Below, in pieces: positions 23,977-34,100 of a DNA stretch of 64,000 bases. Source of the DNA: Macrostomum hystrix (Eukaryota > Animalia > Platyhelminthes). Position numbers and translations under genes: made by a program. The notes beneath the pieces were generated by a model. That model saw nothing but the letters and a program-made list of their open reading frames with translations, made no database searches and was not told where the DNA came from. The DNA lies in assembly GCA_950097015.1 (NCBI GenBank), contig CATNEN010000039.1:4278001-4342000 (forward strand). The letters run 5' to 3'. Position 1 is the first letter of the stretch; each line of letters begins with the position of its first letter.

Positions 23977-24552
23977 TTAACAGTAGAAATACCAATGGGG
24001 AATTTCCCCCCTGACCATTTTTCTTGCTGTACCCGAACGGAAAAATGGAAGCACACGAAACTCAAGAACACGGGCCAACTTTTTGTTGCGCATCTTCTGA
24101 AACAAGAAACAAGTCGCCAGCTCTTCAGACCGTCGAGATATTCAATGTTTCTGGCCGAAGGTCCGATTTTTTTCATTAGAGCTAGTGTATTTCATACACC
24201 CCTATACATGAATTTGCACTGCGCCTCAGTGCCGCCTTGCCAGGCCTTCAAACTTTATCAGCATGTCACCCGAATGTGCCTGCATCATCTCCGTCTTCGG
24301 TGGTCACCTACTTTTATCTAGACGGACTGCTGGACCTTCAAGGGCTACAACAGGTGGAACTAGGCCTCTATGGAAACCCTGAGGCGAATTTATCTATTTT
24401 CACTGATTTTATCTAATCATCAAGCCTAAAAATTAGGCGCAGCTCAACCATAGTACACCATCGTCTAGTCTGTCAACCAATCAGTCACCGGGGGGAATTC
24501 CCCCCTTAGTATAAAAACGGGTGGCAAAATGGCTTGGTAGTCCTACTGTTAA
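23977..24552. mobile_element. Second TTAA-flanked MITE (related TIRs)
   Basis: ttaa-cagtagaaatacca ... tggtagtcctactg-ttaa TIRs; subterminal gggg-aatt(t)-cccc palindromes on both arms. Confidence 0.7.
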
Positions 24553-25379
24553 TTCGGAGGCTATGGTTTAGTTATGCCAATTTAACTAGCTGCTGGTTGC
24601 ACAACGGGCTCTGATGTTCACTTGTCCTTGATTCGCCCAATATAAATTTTACTTTTTTAACCATTCGATGATTTTATCTGTTTTGGCAGTCAAAATTCTG
24701 TTGCTAACAATAAGAAAAATTTAACGTGAATGGTGCAGTGTTCTTTTTTAGTTTATTTCTTCGTGTCTTTGGCCTTTTTCACAACTGTTCACATTCTCTT
24801 TTACTCTGTTGTTCTCTTTTACTTTATACCCGTATGTGCATATTTTATAATTATTTTTCCATAGAAACAATTACGGACGCCATTCGAATCATTATCAGTT
24901 TTTCGCCGTCTTTTATTAATTTGAACTTTTTAAATATCTAGGTTTTCTTAGATTGGTCTTGCTCAAGGCTATATAAACGGTTTCCGTTTAGCTGAGATTC
25001 GAACTCCAGACCTGCCGGTCAATTAAACCAAGCTCCAATCACTGGAAAAGACACATTTTTTTGCTCAATAATAAGAATATTTGGCAAATCGAATTTAGCA
25101 ATAACAGGATATCTGCTGTTCAGCAGTAAGCCTTATCTGCACCTTCGAAATCTGATTGGCCAGAAAGGACACAGTCGTTGACCATTTTTAGCAAATGTTG
25201 TTAAACAGCTGACAGCCCTTTTAACCAACTACCCCAAACCCCAATCAGTGGACTGGTACAACAGGTGCTGTAATGAAAGGGCCGAAAAGCATAGAAGCTG
25301 GCTGCTTTACTTGAATATTGTCCTTTGATTCAAAAGATGCTACAGAAATGAGTATCGCCGACTTTCAGGTGCGGCCGCC

Positions 25380-28300
25380 ATGGAGCAGATTCGAGCCAAG
25401 GCCGCCAGTCTGCGCCTTTTGCTAAACCGGGTCGACTCGCGCAAGGAGCTCATCGGCCAGGTCAACGGCTTCTTTGACGACGCCGTCGCGCAGCTGGAGA
25501 GCCGTCGAGCTGAGCTGCTGGCCGACATCCGCAGCCACTCGGTGCCCGCCGATCAACAGGCTCGCCTGCTGGGCGTCGTCTCCGACATTGAACGCCTCGC
25601 CAAGGACGCGCCAGCCCTTGGCGTGTCGGCGATGGGGCCGGGCCGGCTTCGCGATGCCGAGGAACGACTGGACGCCTGCCTGGGCCGGGAGCCGGAGCTT
25701 CTACAGAGCGGCCAGTTCGACGCCCAGCTGGCTAGTCGCAGAACTGAGCAGCTGTTGAAGTGCCTGACGATCGGCTGGCAGGACGAATGGTCGTTGAGGC
25801 GCCAGGCTGACAATCCGTTCGCCACGTCGGCGGCCGATGTCGAGCCGGACGACGACTGCTTCGCCGGCCCCGACGGCGATGTCGGTAGTACCTGCGACCG
25901 CAGGGACAGTCTGGACGGGATAAAGGGGTCGGCCTATCAGCTGCCCGACTGCGCCTTGGACTTCGCGGCCGTGCTGCAGTTGGACGGTTCGGACAAGAAG
26001 TCGGACGCCGTTAGTAGCCGTGTTGCGTTTCAACCAGATCCCCATGGATTAGGCTCCGATGCGAATCTCCCATCTAAACAAAGCATTACTCTGAACAAGA
26101 AAATGTGCAAACAGTCTAGTGAAATATCTTTCTGGCAAAACGAACACAAAAAGTCAAGTTTTCATTAGAATCTATACCTTTATATATATAATAATAATAA
26201 TAATTTCATGCAGGCGGGCTGTAGACAATGGCACATCATTTGCTGACACTAGACCCGCAGCCAGCGAGGAGGCTATGCTGCTCATTTCGCTGACTTCTGA
26301 GTACACACGCACACAGATACTGTACGCAGGCACACGCTCACACAGGTGTGTATATCGGCCCTGACTTTCTCATTGTCAGGCAGTGTACACTTTCATAGTT
26401 CCTTGAAGGTTTGCTATCAAGGGCATAAATTGCATGACAAGCCCCCAAGCCTTTTCTCCGCGGCTGCGCCCCAAATGAATGTGGCCTCGCTGCGGAATCG
26501 AGCTCAGGGACCTCGTTGCGAGAGGCAAACATGTTAGACCGCTCTGCCACTCACCCCATTCAAACCTTCAATGTGAAGGGGACGATGTGGCTGAATGTGG
26601 CTGAACGATAGTATTTTCCTGAGCTCGAATCCGCTGCGAGTCCAAATATTTTTCCATTGAGCAGATGAAGGGGGTTGTGGTCTAGTGTTAGAGCGTCGGA
26701 CTCACGACTTAATGGTGTCGAGGGTTCGATCCAAGCCTCAACTGGAAAAATGTGTCCTTCGGCATAGCTGTGCATTGTTTCAGTTCACCCAGCATTGGCT
26801 GGAGTGATTAAGGGTAGGTTTGGCGTCCCTCCCGGCGTCCAGTCCATGGACTGAACAGCCGTACGCAGATGTCAGATGCGTTGTGCAATAGCGCTGTCGA
26901 CTGCACATCTGGCCCGATCGTGGCGAGTGTAGTTAAAAAGTTAAATAAAATTATAAGTTACAACCCTTAACACTCTTGTAACATTACTTTGAGTAGTCTC
27001 TTATTGTATGTTTTTTCTCTAATTGCAAGAAATTTATTCGTTGTCTTTTTTAATTGCACAGCCGCACAAGCGGACGCGAACTCGACGAAAGAAGCTGTCG
27101 CCTGAGCCGCTAGTGCAGCAACAGCTGCGTCAACAGCAGCAGCAGCATCGGGTTAAAGTAGACGCTGCCAATGCTGAATCTCTCTGGTCTGATTGGGGAA
27201 TCAGTTCTGCTGCTGAGTTGAAGGTCAGTGCCTCAATGGTTTTAACATTTGTACTAATTAGCATAGACTATCCCAAGACCATTAGGAGCGTCTGATAGAC
27301 CTACAGTTTTCCAATTAGAAACAACTCCTATGTTTGTTAACGTTTCAGCCGATAACATTTTCGCAAGCACTGGCGAATCGGCCGGACATTGCCGCCAAAG
27401 GCGCTTTCGACACCCGCAGCCGTCCGACATCGCTGGCATTTCTGCACGGCAGCTTCTATGTGCTGGAGACTGCCGCTGGCGACGGCGGCGTTGTTCGAAT
27501 CTACGACAGGCGCGGCCGCTACAAGCACCCGCTGCCGATACGCTCGGGCGGCAGCGTCCACCGGATTCGAGTCTGCCACCAGCGCGGCTGGCTTATTCTT
27601 GTTGACCGCTGCGCCAGCCGGGTACACTGCGTCAAGAGCAACGGCCTGGTTGAGGCCAGCTACGGGCCCAGCATTACTAAGCGGTGCGGGAAGGGCGCCA
27701 GCCAATCAGGGGCAAGGATCCTGGAGAGAGAATCGACGAGACGCCAGCCAATCAGGGGAATGGATCCGGGAGAGAGAATGAAAGAGATGCCAGCCAATCA
27801 GGGGCAAGGGTCCAGGAGGAGAATCAAAGAGACAGACGTCAGCAAATCGGGGGCATGAACGGAAGAGAGAGAGAAAGACTGGTGGGGCGCCAACCCGACC
27901 AGTTTAGGGGGGTCGGTGGCAGAGCGGTTAACGCGTTTGCCACTCGCACCACAGTCCCTAAGTTCGATTCCACGGCGAGGCCACATTTATTTGGGGCGCA
28001 GCCGCGGAGAGAAGGCATGGGGGCTTGTCGTGCAATTTACGCCCTTGAGGGCCAACCTCCAAGGCACAGTTCGAGTGTACACTGCCTGACGATGAGAAAG
28101 TCAGGGCAGATGTACACACCTGTGTGAGCGTATGCCTGCGTACGGTATCTGTGTGCGTGTGTGCTCAGGAGTCAGCGAAATGGGCAGAATTGCCTCCTCG
28201 CTGGCTGCGGGTCTAGTGTCACCAAACTATGTGTCATTGCCCGCAGCCCTCCTGCAATTATTATTATTATTATTATTGGGGCGCCAACCAATCAACAGTG

Positions 28301-29713
28301 GGCTTATACGAGTAGAGCCAGACCAATAGCCAGACAATGTTTTAGCGTGGCGTTGAACTACGGTGAAGGAGATGGTGCAGATTATTATTTTAAAATGTTT
28401 CAATTCAGTCCCTCCATGTGTTCTCATTTCCATACTCTCAGATTCGCATTGCACCAGCCCGAAGACGCGATCTGCACTGGCGACCTGCTGTTTATTGCCT
28501 GTCCCAGAGTTGGCATCTTCATCATCTCGCTGTCGCCGCCTGTTGCTAACGAAGATGTCAATAGCACCGCTGGTGGCGTCACGACGAACGTCGCCAATAG
28601 CGAAGCGGACGAAGGCGGCGAGAATTTCCGGGTGACGCAGAGCAACGCCAGCCTAGGCCTGAACTGTCCGGTGCGCCTGGCATGGAACTATTCCGAGCAC
28701 TGGCTGCTGGTCATCGACCGCGAGCCAGGCAGCGAGGGCCGCTATACGGTGCATCGGTTTCGCTTCGAGCGAATTGCCGGCGTCGGTGGCGGCGGCCGGC
28801 TGATCCGCTGGTGCGGCCGGCCGCCTCTGCTGGATTCGCAGCCGGATTCGGCGCCGCCTACGGCTCTGTCTTTTCGCGGCAACGTGCTGATGTCTCTGAC
28901 TGCCGCTGATGGCTGCGGAAGAATCATGCGGATCCCGACTGGTTGGTGCCATTGTCCTTCAGTCCTCGTGTCCCTTAGCGTATCCTTCAGTCATTCAGCT
29001 TGTCATCATTCAACTATTAAGTCCTTCATCTTGTCGTCCTTCAGTCTGTTTTTCAGCCCTCAGATCCTTCAGTGTGTCCTTCCACCTTTTTGATCAGTCA
29101 GCGTCAATAATCCCTCAATAATAATTATTGCAGGAGCAATGTGGGCAGTGGCACATCATTTGCTGACACTAGACCCTCAGCCAGCGAGGGGGGCGATTCT
29201 GACCATTTCGCTGACTCCTGATCACACGCACACAGATACTGTAAGCAGGCACACGCTCACACAGGTGTGTACATCTGCCCTGACTTTCTCATCGTCAGGC
29301 AGTGAACACTTCAAATCGTTGGAGCCTTGGAGGTTGGCCCTCAGGGGCGTAAATTGCATGACAGCCTTCTCTCCGCGGCTGCCCCCCAAATGAATGAGAC
29401 CTCGCCGCGGAATCGAGCTCAGGGACCTTGGTGCGTTAACCGCTCTGCCACTGACCTCCCCCCAATACGCCCTCAATTCTCCATGCAAAACATTGTGCAG
29501 TGAGTGAATCAGAATCACATAAATTTCCACTGTCAACCAGGTCGCGTATTCGATCAGTTCTCAGCCGACAGTGGCGGCGACGTCGACGGCGGGCTTCGCT
29601 GGTCGATCGTAGTGGCGGCTTCTGGCTGGTCAGTGTCGGATGCGTGCTACATGAACACCCAGGAGTTCGCCATCTGCGACTCGGCCGGTGTCTGCGTCCT
29701 GAGCCTGACCTGA
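25380..29713 (+). CDS. G9: coiled-coil + beta-propeller family protein; exons 25380-26009, 27062-27223, 27349-27683, 28442-28941, 29541-29713 (~599 aa)
   Basis: All four GT-AG junctions are phase-compatible and the total (1800 nt) is divisible by 3. N-terminus close to G8; conserved phase-2 intron after GPSITKR; CPVRLAWN and terminal FAICDS motifs. Confidence 0.75.
26182..26563 (-). mobile_element. SINE family A, full-length copy in G9 intron 1
   Basis: Reverse-complement match including the tRNA-like head (ggaatcgagctc; ccgctctgccact) and the (ATT)n tail. Confidence 0.85.
26670..26955 (+). mobile_element. tRNA-derived SINE family B
   Basis: A box TGGTCTAGTG and B box GGTTCGATCC, followed by tgtgtccttcggca...cagttcacccagc (resembles conserved animal SINE central domains) and an A-rich tail; body unrelated to family A. 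Confidence 0.6.
27695..27860 (+). repeat. Degenerate ~45-bp tandem repeat (gccagccaatcagggg core, x4) in G9 intron 3
   Basis: Core recurs at ~27697, 27743, 27789 and, degenerate, ~27838, separated by purine-rich spacers. Confidence 0.7.
27896..28276 (+). mobile_element. SINE family A, full-length copy in G9 intron 3
   Basis: A/B boxes (TGGCAGAGCGG, GTTCGATTCC), (ATT)n tail, 13-bp TSD tggggcgccaacc at 27883-27895 and 28277-28289. Confidence 0.9.
29120..29469 (-). mobile_element. SINE family A copy in G9 intron 4
   Basis: Reverse-complement match with small internal deletions; ccctcaat TSD at 29112-29119 and 29470-29477. Confidence 0.85.
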
Positions 29714-30539
29714 AGCCCTGAATCTTTGTAATTACTATTGCCTGAAGTTTTTATTCTTATTAGGAAACAAAAACTTTTTTCTGCTCTATTATAGTTCTGT
29801 ATAGCTGTTTATTATTTATTCCTTGTTTTTTATTTCAATTTTTTTTAATTATAACAGTTTACTTTAATTCGTGATTTCTTTTTATTAAAAGCAACATTTT
29901 TGTTTTTCGAAGCATGGCGTATCGGTTTTCGGATTGGGCAATTTTTAATGAGTTCGTATTTGTCAGCCTCCGTAACTGCCACAGGTGTCACTCAATGGTT
30001 GTGGCCCGTACGCCTGATTAGAGCTTCGAGTTTGTCTTTGTTAACTAGTTGGTAACTGTTTTATGGTGACGGGTTTATTTGTTTAAAACGCCCCACGCTA
30101 ATTTTCTCGGTGTTACTGTTTTATCATAAGATTCGTTTTTCAATATAAAAAATGTAAGTTTGATTGATATTCCGTTTCTATTATTTATTCTCCTTTTTAA
30201 TTTCAATATTTTTAGGTTAAACTTCTAAAACTTTTATTTTTTTTTCATAAAAGGCTGCATTCGTATTCAGACATTAGGGTTATTTTTTACTTTACAGTGA
30301 AACTGTAAAGTACTTAATGTACTTACAGTACTTTACAGGCACAGTGTTAATCAATCATCTGTCGATTCTTCGGCGCTTTTGCTAAGCGCCAGTTTTCTAT
30401 CAATTTTACGCTTTTAATTTTAAACGTTTGGTAAAATTATTTGTTTAGATAAAACATCTTACGCATATTTATTCATGCTCAATTTTTGGTGTGTTCAACT
30501 TTAACTGCTAATTCAACTTTAACTGCACTTTAATTTGAT

Positions 30540-30927
30540 GGATGGCTAAGCGGAGTTTTGGTTTGGTGAGTGGTTAAGCGAAGGATGGGGTGGGTGACTG
30601 GAAAAGCGGATGATGGGGTGGGTGAATAAGCGGAGGATGAGGTGGGTAAGCGACTAAGCGGAGGATGATGGGTAACTAAGCGGAGGATGATGGGTAACTA
30701 AGCGGAGGATGATGGGTAACTAAGCGGAAGATGTTGGGTGACTAAGCGGAAGATGTTGGGTGACTAAGCGGAAGATGGTGGGTGACGAAGCGGAAGATGT
30801 TGGGTGACTAAGCGGAGGATGGTGGGTGACTCAGCGGAGGATGGGGGGTGATGAAGCGGAGGATGGTGGTTGACTATGCGTTGGATTGGGTGGGTGAGTG
30901 GTTAAGCGGAGGATAGGGTGGGTGACT
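30540..30927. repeat. G-rich ~21-26-bp minisatellite upstream of the PINK1-like gene
   Basis: Unit approximately gactaagcggaggatggtgggt. Confidence 0.9.
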
Positions 30928-31124
30928 TGACAGAAGTCGAAGCAGATAAAGCAGTTAGATTAATCTCTGTTAATCTACGTTTGGGTTGATTCAAGACTAA
31001 GCTCGGGAAGGAATTATGGTAGATGAATGCAAAACGTGTGCTGTTAGTTTTATTGCAATTTAATTGTTTAAGTCGATTATCTCATGGCCACTTTTCAGAG
31101 CATTTCTGCGCATAAGTCTCCATT

Positions 31125-34100
31125 ATGGCCACTAAAGCGCTCGTGCTGGCCAAACGCGTGGTCATTGGCGCCAAACGGTTGCCGTTGCTTCAACTGCTTC
31201 GACATCCGCGACTCACCTGGTCCCGGTTGCTTAGCAATGCGACAGACCAACTGCGCGTGGCGAATCAACCGCTCCTAACAGCAGTTGGTCGCTATGGCAA
31301 CGGAGGGAATAGAAATGATAGAACTAATGTTCTATCATTTCTCTCCGCTAGGGCGCAGAGAATGCTGGCGTTTCTATCGCGACCGGGCGCCGTCAGCGCC
31401 GGCGGAAGGCGCCTGATCCCCCTGGCGGCTCTGTCGCTCGGCCTCGGCCTGATCGGCGACTCCAAAGTCGCCGAAATTCACCGTCGGCCAACCTTCGCCG
31501 AGGAATCTTCGTTTGCAGCCGCCGGCCAAGAGGCGGCCCGCGATCGCGCCTGGGAGGCCGCCGATCGAGCACTGCCGAGGCCTACTGGACTCGACGAGCT
31601 CCGCTTGCTGCGCCTGGTTGGCCTCGGTGGCAACAGCGGAGTGCTGGAGGCGACATCAAAGGACGCCGCCGCACGGCTGGCTGTCAAGCGCTACTTCAAT
31701 CCAAGCATCGAGTCCACCGCCTTCTCCAGTCTGAACCGCGAGTTTGATCGGGAGCTGCGGCTGCTGTCGCGGCTGTCGCATCCCGGGGTGGCCAAGGCTG
31801 TCTCCGGCTTTGTGGCTGCGTTTCGACAGGCGCCGGGCGACCTGATTGACGCCCCGGCCTTCATGCCCAGGTGAGGGAAGAGAGCCTCGGTACATTGGCC
31901 GTCCCGGACATTCGACCCCTGAGCACACATCTAGACTTTGAATTTCTCATCGTGTACACTCTCACTGTGCTTTGGGGGTCAGCCCTCATGAGCGCAATGG
32001 CAAAGCTGAATAGTGCGCATGTGTAGTTTTTGGGGAATTGTGGAAATAGGCGCCAGGCACAAGCGCACAAAGCCGCAGTGACTTTACCGCGCTGGCAATT
32101 GTTACGCCTGAGACATGACGCGCAGCTTTCGATTGAGGACAAGGCGTCATGCGGAACAATGCTTTATTGCACCTGTATTTATTTGTCACAGTTAAAATGT
32201 AAAAATGTTCCGATTAAGAATGTTCTAATTTTCCGGTGCTGAAGTATTCAGTAGCTAAGAATAGAGCCGCTATCCTTTGCGATACAGGAAGCCTTGATGC
32301 CAATAGGGTCGAGCCTTTTCTGTTTCCCTCGACTGGCTCCATTCGCTTGACATTGATTAGATTGACTTCTTACCTGTGTGTCAGACTCATGCATTCAGGA
32401 TGTGCGCTTGTGCCACTGAGAGCAGTTCTAAAATGCGCCTTATGTCATACGCAATGGCATGACAATCCACAAAGCCTTCTTTTTTTAATAGTGTCGTGTC
32501 GTTTAGAGAGACTCACATCACTTATATAGAACGCGAAACACAAGTACAACGTGCGATATTATTGAGCGGTGGCAACGTGCCACGCCCTAGGCATGTACAT
32601 TAATAAGTTAGCGAAGAGTTAAAGGACATTGGCGGCCCCGCGCCCGCCCACGCTCAGGCTATCCATGCGCCTGGCCGCGATAGACCGACGGCGCCACATC
32701 TCCCCGTCAACGGAGGACCAGACGATCGGGTGGAACACCCTTGTTGCTGCGCTCACTTCGTCTGGGCACCGGAGTTGCATTTGTCTGAAAGCTGCCAGCT
32801 GGACCGTCCTGCACCTCAGAACCCGGGAGTGAAGCCACCTCAGAGGCGGAATCTTTTCCTCCGTCGTCCCTCCCAGGCAAGTGACCAGCTGGTTGCTCAT
32901 TGCCGTCAGGTAGTGGGCGGATCTGATCCCGATGAGCGAGCACCGGCCGACCATCCTCTCGGGTGACCACGGCGGTGTTGTGCCCAGCCTGTACCACGAA
33001 ACGCGCAGACTCCGTAGGGCTGCCGGCACGAGCCTGGTAGATGACAGGCGCATCGACACTGAACGTCAGGGTCAGTGGGCTCCTCAGTTGTCTGCCCATC
33101 AGCGCTGACGGACTGCCTCGGCCGTCGCTCCTCGGAGTCGCCCTGTAGTTCAACAGCAACTTGGCCAGATACGCATCAAAAGATCCGCGATGCACCGGAA
33201 ATGCCACCAGACCCCGTTTGACAGTCTGGACCATCCGCTCTGCTAGGCCGTTGGACTCCGGGTGGTACGGTGGCGAGTGTATCTGCGAGCAGCCGATTCT
33301 CCGCAGCCAGTCGCGCAGCTCGCCGTCACAGAATTCGGCCGCGTTGTCCGAGACCAGCGTGCACGGGACACCCAGCCTGGAGAAGATGGCCCGCAGAGTG
33401 CGCAAAGTTGTCTGGGCGCTCCGGTCTGGTACTCGAACCGCCTCCGGCCAGCCAGAAAACGCGTCCACGACGATCAACAGATAGCCGACACCAGGCACGT
33501 GCGCGTGGTCCATGTGCACTCGTTGCCATGCGGTGCTTTCCGCGGGCCAGGTGTGGGTGGCGCGAGCCGGTGGAGTCCGGATCTCCGTGCATTTTGCGCA
33601 TTGCTTGACGTAGCGTTCCACATCGTCGCAGTGTCCGGGCCACCAGGCTTCTCTCTTTAACCGGTTTCGTGTCGCCAACGCTCCGCTGTGGGAGTCTCCA
33701 TGCGCCGCTTGAAGGACTCGAGAGCGCAGCCCTGCCGGAGGTACGATCAGGTCACCCAGACAGATGATGCCGTCTTCCACCGTCAGTTGTTGCCGGACAC
33801 TCTTGTACGGCCGTTCTGCCGCCGAGCAGTTGCTCCAGACGTTGTTCTTGATTCGCTGTCGGATGCTCCGTAGCACAGGGTCAGCGTCAGTCGCCTGTTG
33901 AATTTCGTTTTGTTTCAGCACGTCAGTCTCAGTCCAATGAACGAAGCGACTCACCTCCTCTTTAGGATTTTCGAACGAATCCTCAAACTCCAGTCTGGAC
34001 ATAGCATCGACGTGTGGAATGCAACTGCCACGAACATAGACAATGTCGTAGTCGAATGCAGCCAACTGGATAGCCCAGCGCATGATCCTTGCCGATGTCA

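Noticed and set aside
28081-28205. Hammerhead ribozyme in SINE A (CTGACGA ... CGAAA)
   Set aside because: Stems I-III cannot be formed convincingly; CTGAC instead pairs locally with gtcag.
1-29713. Naming the array genes TRIM71/brat/TRIM2-3
   Set aside because: No RING, B-box or filamin domain, and no canonical NHL repeat consensus is visible; only the layout is similar.
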